Below, piece by piece: positions 53,508 through 62,840 of a stretch of DNA of 64,000 bases (positions within the stretch are counted from its first letter, which is position 1; each line of letters opens with the position of its first letter). A model generated the notes under the pieces. It was given only the letters and a program-made list of their open reading frames with translations. It did no database searches and was not told where the DNA came from. The position numbers and the translations under genes are program-made. The stretch lies in NCBI GenBank assembly GCA_035526705.1, contig DATLBX010000017.1, forward strand, positions 34,507 through 98,506, in the 5' to 3' direction. Source of the stretch: Acidimicrobiales bacterium. GTDB lineage: Bacteria; Actinomycetota; Acidimicrobiia; Acidimicrobiales; JAHWKP01.

Positions 53508-54452
53508 ATGCCTACGTTTGTGCTCATGGTCACCCGGGCCGAGATAGCCGCTGCCGCGGAGAACGTCCGCCCGTGGGTGCGCCGGACTCCGATCCTCAGG
53601 CTGGAAGCAGACGAGCTGGGCATTCCACATCCGCCCCTCACTCTCAAACTGGAGCAACTGCAGCACGCGGGCTCGTTCAAGGCACGTGGGGCGCACAATC
53701 TGTTGCTCACCGTCGACGTGCCGTCCGCCGGCGTTGTGGCGGCGTCGGGTGGGAACTTTGGGCTGGCCATCGCGCATGCCGCGGGGCGGCTAAATCACCA
53801 CGCAGCGATCTTTCTACCCGAGGTGTCCAGCGCGGCGAAGGTCGCCCGGCTGCGCAGTTTCGGTGCGGAGGTGGTCATCGGGGGCGCGTTCTACGCGGAG
53901 GCGTACGAAGCCAGCGTCGAGCGGGCGACTTCCACGGGCGCATTGCTGGCCCACGCGTACGACCAGGCCGAGGTCGTGGCGGGCGCGGGCACGTGTGCGG
54001 TCGAGCTCGAGGAGCAGGCGCCGGATTTCACGACCGTCGTCGTGGCCGTTGGCGGCGGCGGGCTGATCGGCGGCATCGCCGGATGGCTGCAGGACGAGAA
54101 GCGAGTGATCGCCGTCGAGTCGACGGGCACCCCCACTTTGCGCTCCGCCCTCGACGCCGGCAATCCCGTCGATGTCGACCTGTCCGGGATCGCAGCGGAC
54201 TCTCTCGGGGCGCGACGCATCGGCTCGATCGGCTTCGAGGCGGCGAGGAGGTGGGTCGACGACGCGGTGTTGGTGGCCGACGACGCCATCATCGATGCGC
54301 AGCGGCGGTTGTGGGATCACGCGCGCGTCGCAGCCGAGCCTGGCGGCGCGACCGCGTTGGCCGCCGTTCTCAGCGGCGTGTACCAACCGGAAGCCGATGA
54401 GCGCCTCGCGGTGATCATCTGCGGCGCGAATCTCGACCCGTCCACTTTGTAG
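53508..54452 (+). CDS. PLP-dependent serine/threonine dehydratase family enzyme
   Basis: ORF trimmed to ATG 53508. SFKARG (PLP lysine), GGNFG and GGGGLIGG glycine loop. Confidence 0.85.
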   Translation: MPTFVLMVTRAEIAAAAENVRPWVRRTPILRLEADELGIPHPPLTLKLEQLQHAGSFKARGAHNLLLTVDVPSAGVVAASGGNFGLAIAHAAGRLNHHAAIFLPEVSSAAKVARLRSFGAEVVIGGAFYAEAYEASVERATSTGALLAHAYDQAEVVAGAGTCAVELEEQAPDFTTVVVAVGGGGLIGGIAGWLQDEKRVIAVESTGTPTLRSALDAGNPVDVDLSGIAADSLGARRIGSIGFEAARRWVDDAVLVADDAIIDAQRRLWDHARVAAEPGGATALAAVLSGVYQPEADERLAVIICGANLDPSTL

Positions 54453-54635
54453 CGTTAGGCGAACCGCCTCCGGCTGCTCGCGCTGGGTCGGGCTGATCCA
54501 GATGGCCTGACCCGGATGGGCGGGGCCTCATGGCCCGGCCTGACCGTCGGGAAATTTGGCCCTCAATCGCGCCGCTTTGCCGGCCGTCATAGCGCTACCT
54601 TGCTCTCGTTCAGCATCGAGCACCGGGGAGGGTCC

Positions 54636-54986
54636 ATGTCTTCGAAACGGATATGGCTGTTGACGATTTCTTCGGATGGATCGCCGTTGGTGGCGCGAAC
54701 CGCGGGCATTTCGCTTAGGCGACTCGCGGTTATTCGAGTGCGCAAGGGCGATGCACCGGGCCGCGACGGCATCTGGCTGGGCGACGAAAGGTCACCCGAC
54801 ACCTCGATCATCATCGACGACCATGTTGCCTACACGTCGCCACGCGACCGATCGGATGTGTTCGACGCGATGGAAGCGCAAGGAACGTGGGAGGTCCTGG
54901 AGGTAATCGACTCCCAGCTTCGTTTGCTCTCCAACGTCACCGCCGCCGGGTCCGAGGGGCGGCCACAAGACGCAGCGGCCGGTTAG
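54636..54986 (+). CDS. Hypothetical protein (116 aa), atypical codon usage
   Basis: ATG 54636 after GGGGAGGG. No recognisable motif. Rare codons for this window (ATA, ATT, TTG, AGG, GTA). Weak call. Confidence 0.3.
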   Translation: MSSKRIWLLTISSDGSPLVARTAGISLRRLAVIRVRKGDAPGRDGIWLGDERSPDTSIIIDDHVAYTSPRDRSDVFDAMEAQGTWEVLEVIDSQLRLLSNVTAAGSEGRPQDAAAG

Positions 54987-55197
54987 ATCCGCCCAGGGGC
55001 CCCGGGGGCAACACCCATCCGACAGGGGTTTCGGGTCCGCCTTCGAGCGACAAGGTCTGCAGCCGGTCGGCATGAGCGCACGGCCGCGGCACTGTCGCTC
55101 CGATGTGGACCCTTGCACGCCTGCCCGGCGACCGCCGTAGGTGGGCGACCACACTCTGCGCACGGCCACAAGTGCGGAGCCCCGCGACGCGGTTAGC

Positions 55198-55566
55198 TCA
55201 GTTGGAGGTCAGGCAGAACGGGTGCCCCTCCGGGTCCAGCAGTACGCGCCACCGATCTTGTCCGGGTTGCTCGGACGCCTTCGTTGCCCCGAGCGACAAG
55301 GCACGCCGTTCGTCCTCCTGCAAGTCCTCCGAGCCGAAGTCGAGGTGGAATTGCTGGGGTACATCCTGGCTCGGCCACGAGGGCCGCTTGTATTCGGTCA
55401 CGCGCTGGAACCACACCGACACCCCCGCATCCGACTCGAGGCCGGCGGCGTCATCGGACGAATGAATCACTTCAAGTCCCGTTAGGTGACCGTAGAACTC
55501 GGCGAGCGCCGCAGGGTTCGAGCAGTCGATAGTCACGCCTCTAAGCAGCACAGCCCTCTCCTTCAC
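55198..55566 (-). CDS. VOC/glyoxalase-like domain protein
   Basis: 122 aa. The beta-alpha-beta-beta-beta-like pattern and the LDPEGHPFCL ending are typical of glyoxalase-like domain proteins. Confidence 0.7.
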   Translation of the reverse strand: MKERAVLLRGVTIDCSNPAALAEFYGHLTGLEVIHSSDDAAGLESDAGVSVWFQRVTEYKRPSWPSQDVPQQFHLDFGSEDLQEDERRALSLGATKASEQPGQDRWRVLLDPEGHPFCLTSN

Positions 55567-55632
55567 TTACAGATTCCTCCTCTTATGGGCTCGACCCGCA
55601 GCACGAGCATCGATGACTTTGCTCGAGCGAAG

Positions 55633-56457
55633 CTACGACTTGGTGGTTGGTGCGGTGCCCCAGTCGGGTTGGCGCAGGCGGGACCAGCCGGACGCGGCAA
55701 GTTTGACCGCGGCGAGTGCGGCGACGGCGGGGAGCTCTCGCGGTGAGTAGGTGCGCAGCGTCGTCCACGACGGACGCGCCGCGTCGGGTGCGGGTGCGAG
55801 GCGCACGCCCCAGGACCGCAGCTGACGCTTGCCCGCTTCGGCGCGCAGACGCTGGCGCCACAGGTCCCGCCAACTCGACGCGGGGCGGAATGTCGCCACC
55901 GCATCCGGCACGGAGACAATGCACCCCTCCCCCATCGCGCTCGCGGCAGCCCACAGCCATGCGTCGTCGAGGATCACATCGGCCGGCATCTCAGGGAGCC
56001 ACTCCGTTCGCGCCGCATAGAGCGTGCCCGCGACCCCTTGCCAAGTCAGCTTGAACGGACTGCTCGCGGCGCGCGCTGCCGGAGACTCCGGCTCCGATGG
56101 TCGTTGAGCCGCGCTGGCCAGCACCGCGTCGGGGTGTTCCTCGAGGGCCTCGACCAACGCGGCAACTGACCCGGGCGTGATGCGCACGTCCGCGTCACTG
56201 AAGACCGTTACGTCCGCGACCTCCCTGCGCAGAACGTTCCACGCCTCCGCCTTCGAGGGCTGCTCGAGGAAACGCAGCTCCACCCCTGGCACCTCCGCGA
56301 GCGCAGTCGCGGCCGGCGATGTCCTGGCGGCCAGGCCGTTCACACACACCACGATCCGAGCCGCCTCGAACTGCCCCAGCCCGTCCGACAGATCCGCCAC
56401 CGTGCGAGCCACCCCAGGTTCGTCGCGGTGACACGCCACGGCCGCGACCACCCTCAT
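55633..56457 (-). CDS. Glycosyltransferase-like protein (GT2-related, DxD FSDADV)
   Basis: 274 aa. ATGA-type overlap with the upstream GT2. Weak GT-A features. Confidence 0.55.
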   Translation of the reverse strand: MRVVAAVACHRDEPGVARTVADLSDGLGQFEAARIVVCVNGLAARTSPAATALAEVPGVELRFLEQPSKAEAWNVLRREVADVTVFSDADVRITPGSVAALVEALEEHPDAVLASAAQRPSEPESPAARAASSPFKLTWQGVAGTLYAARTEWLPEMPADVILDDAWLWAAASAMGEGCIVSVPDAVATFRPASSWRDLWRQRLRAEAGKRQLRSWGVRLAPAPDAARPSWTTLRTYSPRELPAVAALAAVKLAASGWSRLRQPDWGTAPTTKS

Positions 56458-57407
56458 TTCTTGCGTGGCCTACGGCCGGCTACGACGCGCAGTCCGGCCA
56501 CCGCCTTCGCCCGCTGCAGCTCCGCCTCCTCCACGTTGCCGCCGGACCGACGGACGACTGCGGCAGGCAACGACGTCGCCGCGGTGGCCAGTCCGAAGAG
56601 AGTCGAAGCCCAACGACCGTGTTCCTTGCGGAGGAACAGTCCGAGGCCTGACACCCGGTCCGCCGCTCGGAACGGCTCTCCCCCGGACAGCGCCGCCGAT
56701 GCCCCGCTCACATGCGGCACGCGTACGGACGGCGCGACGACGATGTCCGCGCCCGCTTGCCGCGCCCGCAGGCAGAAGTCCATGTCCTCCGCGTACATGA
56801 AGAAGCTCTCGTCGAACCCGCCCATGGCCCGCAAGATCCGCGCCGGGACGAGGAGGACCGCGGCATGGACCCAGTCCGCGCTGAGCGGCGCCCCCTCCTC
56901 GGGCGCGGGCACCGCTCGATTGGCACCACCGATGCGCGCCATGCCGGCGAGAACCCGTCCGATCCGATAGGTCCGCTCGATCATCGGCTGCGGCGAGCCG
57001 TCGAGGTTGATCAACGCGGGTGAGACCACCGCGGGTCTCGGCCACGACTTCGCCACCTCTACCAATGCGCTTACCGATCCCGGGGGCAGAACCGCATCGG
57101 GGTTGCAGAAGAGCAGCCAATCCGGGTCGGTGGGCAGCGCCCGGTCCATCCCGATGTTCGCCCCGACCGCGAACCCGCTGTTGGAGTGACGGGGAATAAC
57201 TTCGGTCGGAACCGTGCCGGCGATCGCCGCGGCCGCGTCGCGCGCCGCGTCGACGCTGAAGTCGTCCGACGCGTTGTCGATGACATACGCCCGAGCCTCG
57301 ACCCCCTCACACGCCGCCGGCAGCGCACGAATGCACAACCCGATCGTCGGCTCGGAGCGATAGGTAACGGTCACCACAGCTACGGACTCAGGCGACTCAG
57401 GCATCAC
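56454..57407 (-). CDS. Family-2 glycosyltransferase
   Basis: VAVVTVTYRS, VIDNASDD, CNPDA and FFMYAEDMDFCLR. GTG 57407 or ATG 57404 start. Confidence 0.8.
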   Translation of the reverse strand: MMPESPESVAVVTVTYRSEPTIGLCIRALPAACEGVEARAYVIDNASDDFSVDAARDAAAAIAGTVPTEVIPRHSNSGFAVGANIGMDRALPTDPDWLLFCNPDAVLPPGSVSALVEVAKSWPRPAVVSPALINLDGSPQPMIERTYRIGRVLAGMARIGGANRAVPAPEEGAPLSADWVHAAVLLVPARILRAMGGFDESFFMYAEDMDFCLRARQAGADIVVAPSVRVPHVSGASAALSGGEPFRAADRVSGLGLFLRKEHGRWASTLFGLATAATSLPAAVVRRSGGNVEEAELQRAKAVAGLRVVAGRRPRKK

Positions 57408-57421
57408 TACGCTCCCGAGCA

Positions 57422-58348
57422 GTGATCACGTGTCTGGCGGGGGGCGTCGGCGCGGCCAGGTTCCTGTCCGGACTCGTCCAGGTCGTACCTCCCGAAGAGA
57501 TCACTGCAGTAGTCAACACCGGCGACGACATCGTGCTGCACGGTCTACACATAAGCCCGGACCTCGACACGGTCACCTACACCCTGGCCGGCGCCATCAA
57601 CCCGGAGACGGGCTGGGGGTTGGCCGGCGAGACCTGGTCGGCCATGCAGTCCCTGGATCGCTACGGCGGACAGAGCTGGTTCCGTCTCGGAGACCGTGAT
57701 CTCGCTACCCACATGTACCGGACCCAGCGGCTTGCGGAGGGCGCACCGCTCCATGAGGTGACCGCCGAGATCACTAAATCCTGGGGCCTCGACTTGCGAG
57801 TGATCCCGATGTCCAACGACCGGGTCGAAACGCGCATCACCCTGAAGGCGGGGACTGAGATCGGCTTCCAGCAATGGTTCGTCGGCCAGCAACACGCCAC
57901 AGCGGTCTCGTCGATCTCATTCGAAGGCGCGGTGGACTCCACGCCCGCTCCCGGCGTGCTGGAAGCGATCGAGTCGGCCGACGTCACCGTGATCTGTCCC
58001 TCCAATCCCATCGTCTCGATCGGTCCTCTCCTGGAAGTCCCGGGCGTGGCCGACGCGCTGATCGCCCGGCGGGACAGCTGCGTCGCCATATCCCCGATCA
58101 TCGCCGGCAGAGCGTTGAAAGGGCCGGCCGACTCGCTGATGTCAGACCTCGGGCATGAGCCGAGTGTCATGGGCGTGGCCCGGCTGTATGCCAAATTCGC
58201 CTCGGTTCTCGTGGTCGACGAAGCCGACGCGTCCCGCGCCGCGGTGGTCGAGGCCGAAGGGATCCGGTGCGTGGTCGCCCCCACGATCATGAGTAGCCCC
58301 GCTGCCGCGGCGGACCTCGCTCGCGCCACGATCGACGCGGTCCGATGA
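57422..58348 (+). CDS. cofD: 2-phospho-L-lactate transferase (F420 biosynthesis, CofD/FbiA)
   Basis: GTG start. LAGGVGAARFLSGL N-terminal glycine motif, NTGDD and PSNP motifs. Confidence 0.9.
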   Translation: MITCLAGGVGAARFLSGLVQVVPPEEITAVVNTGDDIVLHGLHISPDLDTVTYTLAGAINPETGWGLAGETWSAMQSLDRYGGQSWFRLGDRDLATHMYRTQRLAEGAPLHEVTAEITKSWGLDLRVIPMSNDRVETRITLKAGTEIGFQQWFVGQQHATAVSSISFEGAVDSTPAPGVLEAIESADVTVICPSNPIVSIGPLLEVPGVADALIARRDSCVAISPIIAGRALKGPADSLMSDLGHEPSVMGVARLYAKFASVLVVDEADASRAAVVEAEGIRCVVAPTIMSSPAAAADLARATIDAVR

Positions 58349-59043
58349 CCGGCCTGCAGATCCTCGCGATCGAGGGGCTCCCGGAGATATCGGAGGGCGA
58401 CAACCTTGCCGAACTCATCGTCGCTCACGCTGAACTCCGCGCCGGTGACGTGGTGGTGGTCACACAAAAGGTGATCTCCAAGGCCGAAGGCCGGATGGTG
58501 GAACTCGACCACGACGACGCCGACGCCAAGGCCCGACTCGTGGAGTCCGAGTCGGTGCGCATCGTCCGCCGCCGCGGCGACCTCATCATTTCGGAGACCA
58601 AACACGGCTTCATCTGCGCCAACGCGGGCATAGACCTGTCGAACATCGCCGAGGGGTTCGCCGCGCTTCTCCCGGTCGACCCCGACCGTTCGGCCCGCTG
58701 GATCCGCGACGGCCTACGGGCGCGGGCCGGAATCGAAGTCGGGGTGATCGTCTCGGACACCTTCGGCAGGCCGTGGCGGAACGGCCTGACCGACGTGGCC
58801 ATCGGCGTCGCCGGCATCGCCGCGGTGGTCGACCTCCGAGGCAGCTTCGATACGCAAGGGCGCGAGCTCCAAGCCACGCAAGTGTGTGTGGCCGACGAAC
58901 TGGCCGGCGCCGCAGACCTCGTCATGGGCAAGGCATCCGGTGTCGCTGCCGCCATCGTGCGCGGCGTCCCCAGTGACTGGTTGCGGGACGCGTCCGTGAA
59001 ATCGGAGATCGTCAGACCAAAGAGCGACGACCTGTTTCGGTAA
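58345..59043 (+). CDS. cofE: Coenzyme F420-0:L-glutamate ligase, stand-alone CofE domain (no FbiB C-terminal domain)
   Basis: ATGA overlap with cofD. VVVTQKVISKAEGR, ICANAGID and VSDTFGRPWR motifs. Only 232 aa. Confidence 0.9.
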   Translation: MTGLQILAIEGLPEISEGDNLAELIVAHAELRAGDVVVVTQKVISKAEGRMVELDHDDADAKARLVESESVRIVRRRGDLIISETKHGFICANAGIDLSNIAEGFAALLPVDPDRSARWIRDGLRARAGIEVGVIVSDTFGRPWRNGLTDVAIGVAGIAAVVDLRGSFDTQGRELQATQVCVADELAGAADLVMGKASGVAAAIVRGVPSDWLRDASVKSEIVRPKSDDLFR

Positions 59044-59062
59044 GCCCCTTTAGGCTGCGCCA

Positions 59063-59995
59063 ATGACGCGACCGTTTCGTTTTGGTGTCCAGGTTTCTAC
59101 AGCGCCCTCCGGAGCCGCGTGGCGGGAGAAGGCCCGCATCGTCGAGGATCTGGGCTACTCGACTCTCTACATGCCGGACCACTTCGGCGAGCAATGGGGA
59201 CCGATCGTCGGCTTGACCATCGCGGCAGAGGCAACCGAAAGGCTGAAGGTCGGCGCGCTGGTATTCGACAACGACTACCGCCACCCGGTCGTCATCGCTC
59301 GGGAGATGGCGACGCTCGATCTCGCTACCGAAGGACGCGTCGAATTCGGCCTGGGTGCGGGGTGGATGAAGACCGACTACGACGAGTCCGGGATCCCCTA
59401 CGACGAGCCGCGAGTGCGCGTCGACCGCTTCGAAGAGGGCCTGAAGATCGTCCGCGATTTATGGCGCGACGGCCGGGCCGACCTCGACGGCCAGCACTAC
59501 AAGATCACCGCTGCTCAAGGACACCCGCGCCCGCACACGCCCGGTGGGCCCCCACTCGTCATCGGCGGTGGCGGCAAGCGCGTGCTGTCGATCGCGGCGC
59601 AACACGCCGACATCATCGGTATCAACCCCAACCTCAAGGCGGGTTACGTCGGCCCGGAAGTTGCCGAGTCATCGAAGGGCGATCGTTACCTACAGCGCCT
59701 GGAGTGGGTGCGGGAGGCCGCCGGCGACCGGTTCGACGAGCTCGAGCTTCAGGTCCTGATGTTCTTTGTGCAGTTCACGGACAACAGCGCCAAGGCCTAC
59801 GAAGACCTGGCCCCCATGTTCGGGATGACCCCCGACGAAGCCCGGCGCATCCCCTTGGCGCTGGCCGGGACGGCAGACGAGATGTGTGAGGTGCTGCGCC
59901 AGCGCCGCGACGAGTACGGCCTGTCCTACGTCGTGGTGCAGGAGCCCTTCATGCAGGACTTTGCTGCCGTCGTCAGCCGCCTCGCCGGCACATGA
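59063..59995 (+). CDS. LLM class F420-dependent oxidoreductase
   Basis: MTRPFRFGVQV start, GYSTLYMPDH, FGLGAGW and TADEMCEVLRQRRDEYG. Directly follows cofD-cofE. Confidence 0.85.
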   Translation: MTRPFRFGVQVSTAPSGAAWREKARIVEDLGYSTLYMPDHFGEQWGPIVGLTIAAEATERLKVGALVFDNDYRHPVVIAREMATLDLATEGRVEFGLGAGWMKTDYDESGIPYDEPRVRVDRFEEGLKIVRDLWRDGRADLDGQHYKITAAQGHPRPHTPGGPPLVIGGGGKRVLSIAAQHADIIGINPNLKAGYVGPEVAESSKGDRYLQRLEWVREAAGDRFDELELQVLMFFVQFTDNSAKAYEDLAPMFGMTPDEARRIPLALAGTADEMCEVLRQRRDEYGLSYVVVQEPFMQDFAAVVSRLAGT

Positions 59996-60089
59996 CGCGC
60001 GCAACTGTCCCTATCCCCCCGCCCGCACCCGCGCCGCGAGGGTTGGGGGTCCCCCGCCGCACGCGACGAGCCGAAGGCGGAGGAGCCGG

Positions 60090-61034
60090 CTACTTCGCCT
60101 GGCACCACCGCAACACCGCGGCGAGGCCGTCGTCCAATGGTGTCCATGGCTTCCACCCGAGATGTATTGAAGCCTTCGCCGGGTCCAGGGATGACCGCGC
60201 CAGTTCGCCGGGGCGAGCCTCTTCGTGTTCGGCGGCTCCGGCGTGCCCAGCGGCAGAGGCCATCGACTGGTACAGCTGATTCACCGACGTCTCGACGCCG
60301 GTGCCGATGTTGAGCAGCAGTCCGCCGGCGCGCTCTGACGCCCGCGCGAAGGCGTCGACGACATCGTCGACGAAGACGAAGTCTCTGGTCTGCTCGCCTG
60401 TCCCGAAGATCTTGCAGGTCTCCCCCGCTAGGACCTTCTCCGCGAAGATCGCCACAACCCCGGCTTCGCCGTGTGGGTCCTGCCTCGGCCCGTAGACGTT
60501 GGCCAGGGCCAGCGCGGTGAATTCCAAATCGTGCAGCTCGCGGTAAGCCTTCAGGTAGTCGCCGACAGTTTTCTTGGCGACGCCGTACGGGGAGACCGGC
60601 GTCTGGGGCTGGCTCTCTTTGATCGGCAGGGCCTCCGGTGGAGGATCTCCGTAGATAGTGCCGCCGCTCGACGCGAAGACGATCTTCGACGCGCCTCCGG
60701 TGCGGGCCCCCTCCAACACGTTGAGGCTGCCGATGATGTTCACCTCCGCGTCGAACACCGGCCGCGCCACTGACACGCGCACGTCGGCCTGAGCGGCCAG
60801 GTGGAACACGACATCGGGTGCGATGCGAGCAATCACTTCGACGACCTCGCCGGCGCGAATGTCGGCCTGGTGGAAGCGGAAGCCTTTGCCCCCCTCGGCG
60901 CGGGCCGACGCCAGGTTGCCGATCGACCCCGTGGAGAGATCGTCGATGACATCGACCTCGTGATCCTCTGCGAGGAGGCGGTCCACCAGCGTCGATCCGA
61001 TGAATCCCGCGCCGCCGGTGACGAGGCATTTCAT
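60090..61034 (-). CDS. NAD-dependent sugar epimerase/dehydratase (UDP-glucose 4-epimerase-like)
   Basis: VTGGAGFIGS Rossmann motif, YGVAKK (YxxxK) and SSGGTIYG. Confidence 0.85.
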   Translation of the reverse strand: MKCLVTGGAGFIGSTLVDRLLAEDHEVDVIDDLSTGSIGNLASARAEGGKGFRFHQADIRAGEVVEVIARIAPDVVFHLAAQADVRVSVARPVFDAEVNIIGSLNVLEGARTGGASKIVFASSGGTIYGDPPPEALPIKESQPQTPVSPYGVAKKTVGDYLKAYRELHDLEFTALALANVYGPRQDPHGEAGVVAIFAEKVLAGETCKIFGTGEQTRDFVFVDDVVDAFARASERAGGLLLNIGTGVETSVNQLYQSMASAAGHAGAAEHEEARPGELARSSLDPAKASIHLGWKPWTPLDDGLAAVLRWCQAK

Positions 61035-62026
61035 CGTTGGCTCGGGGACGGGTCGGCTTGGATTGCGTCGATCACCTCTTCAGCTTCGCCCACCGACCAG
61101 CCCGGCCCGACGATCGATCGCTCCACCCGCGCGTCGCGCCCTACCGTGGCGCCGTCCAGCAGCACGGAGTCGCGGACGACCGCCCCGGTGAGGACCCGAG
61201 TCCCCGCCCCGAGCACGCTGGCCTCGATCGTGGCGGAGTGATCCACCGAGGCATCGGGAGCCGACACCGAGTCGCCTTCGCGCCGCCAGCCCCGCGGGAC
61301 CGAGCCGCTGCGGACACAGTCGCGAGTGGCAGCGAGGTAGCGGTCGAGCCGGCCGACGTCGTGCCACCAGCCGCGGTGTTCCACCGCCGTCATAGACCCG
61401 CCCTCGGCGAGGCCCGGAAATATCTCCCGTTCGATGCTGCAGGTGGCCCCTGCGGCGACCGGATCGAAAATCGTGCTCTCCAGGACCCACACGCCTGCAT
61501 TGATGAGATCTGACGGCGCGGGCGGAGCCGGTTTTTCCACGAACCGCTCGACCCGCCCGGACTCATGGACAACGGCCACCCCGAACTCGGACGGGTCGTC
61601 CACCTGCGTCAGCAGGATCGTCGCGGCGGCACCCGACGTGCGGTGCAGGTCCAGGATCGCGGGAATGTCGACGTCGCCCAACACGTCGCCGTTCAGCGCA
61701 ACGAAGGTGCCGTCTATACCCGCGGTGCGGATGGCGTGAGCCAGCCCGCCGCCACTGCCGAGCGGCGACTCCTCGACAACCGCGGTGACGTCGAAGGGGC
61801 CGAGGTCGATGCCGTCGAACGCGCCGGCACGGTACCCGGTGGAGAGCACCACCCGTTCGACGCCCGCGGCCTCGAGGGGCTGCACGACGCGCCGCAGCAG
61901 CGGAACGCCGGCGACCGGCAGCAGCTGTTTGGGAGTGCGGTAGGTCAGGGGGCGGAGGCGGGTGCCTTCTCCTCCTACGAGAACGACGGCGGGCGGAGCG
62001 GGCGCGGCCCGGTCGCCCGAGGTCAC
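61031..62026 (-). CDS. NDP-sugar pyrophosphorylase, mannose-1-phosphate guanylyltransferase-like (nucleotidyltransferase + left-handed beta-helix)
   Basis: ORF trimmed to GTG 62026 (GTGA overlap with the upstream stop). LVGGEGTRLRPLT, PKQLLPV and C-terminal hexapeptide-like repeats. Confidence 0.8.
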   Translation of the reverse strand: MTSGDRAAPAPPAVVLVGGEGTRLRPLTYRTPKQLLPVAGVPLLRRVVQPLEAAGVERVVLSTGYRAGAFDGIDLGPFDVTAVVEESPLGSGGGLAHAIRTAGIDGTFVALNGDVLGDVDIPAILDLHRTSGAAATILLTQVDDPSEFGVAVVHESGRVERFVEKPAPPAPSDLINAGVWVLESTIFDPVAAGATCSIEREIFPGLAEGGSMTAVEHRGWWHDVGRLDRYLAATRDCVRSGSVPRGWRREGDSVSAPDASVDHSATIEASVLGAGTRVLTGAVVRDSVLLDGATVGRDARVERSIVGPGWSVGEAEEVIDAIQADPSPSQR

Positions 62027-62826
62027 GGAGCTTGGGTGGTTCCGGCCCCGGACGTCGGCGTGGTTTCCTCGGGCGGCGCGGTGCTCTGTGTCGGCGCCTG
62101 GTCGTCGGTCAGCGGTACCGCCGGCGCGGTGCTCGCCGTCGGATCGCCCGGCGGGATCTCCTGGGTCGGCGGCTGCTGGCCGGGGGCAACGTCGCTCAGG
62201 TTGTCGAGGTTCTCCTTGGACGGCGGCTCCGGGATCTCGGCATCCTTCGGCCCGAAGAAGATCGTCAGCGTGCCGCGGTCCTTGGTGAATCGAATGTCGC
62301 GCAGGTCCTCCGTGAAGATCTTGTCGTCGCGCTTGACCCGCAGGACCGACTCCTTCCCGCCGCACTTGTCGCCGTCCTCGTAGACGTCGCCGTCGGGCAT
62401 GGTCAGCTTCCCGTCCTCCAGGCCGAGCTTCGCCGCATCGAGGAACTTGCCCAGGGTTGCGTTCTTGCCGGCCGCGTTGGAGGTGAACGGGTGAATGTGG
62501 ATGATCCCGTCACCCTGTCCCTCCGGCGCGTGGGTGTGGATGCCGGAGGGGTCGGTCTCGACCGTCAGCCCCGGCTGGAATGCGCCACAAACGTGAATCC
62601 CGTAGGCCACGTGCCAGTGATCTGTCGTGCGGGGCGGGTCGACCTGCTTGATCTTGTCGAGGCGCTCGCTGCGGCTGACCACTAGAAGCGCCACACCGAC
62701 GACCATCGCCAGCGCGATGGCCACGTACCACTTCCACGGGCCCCCGCCCGCTCCGCGCGCCGTCCGAGCGCCGCCACCGGTCGCGGCGGCTCGCGCCACC
62801 TTCTTGTTGGTCGATGCCTTTCCCAT
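62023..62826 (-). CDS. Membrane-anchored His-rich protein of unknown function with Pro/Thr-rich tail
   Basis: ORF trimmed to ATG 62826 (MGKASTNKK). One TM (WYVAIALAMVVGVALLVV). HWHVAYGIHVCG ... GIHTH ... IIHIHPF. Confidence 0.6.
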   Translation of the reverse strand: MGKASTNKKVARAAATGGGARTARGAGGGPWKWYVAIALAMVVGVALLVVSRSERLDKIKQVDPPRTTDHWHVAYGIHVCGAFQPGLTVETDPSGIHTHAPEGQGDGIIHIHPFTSNAAGKNATLGKFLDAAKLGLEDGKLTMPDGDVYEDGDKCGGKESVLRVKRDDKIFTEDLRDIRFTKDRGTLTIFFGPKDAEIPEPPSKENLDNLSDVAPGQQPPTQEIPPGDPTASTAPAVPLTDDQAPTQSTAPPEETTPTSGAGTTQAP

Positions 62827-62840
62827 ACGAAGGGGCGACC

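Noticed and set aside
55191-55210. GGTTAGCTCAGTTGGAGGTC, which resembles the acceptor/D-arm start (TAGCTCAGTTGG) of a tRNA
   Set aside because: No complementary GAGC closes a D-stem, and I could fold no anticodon or T-arm. The stretch is the reverse complement of the VOC gene's last codons (…HPFCLTSN*), so the resemblance is coincidental.
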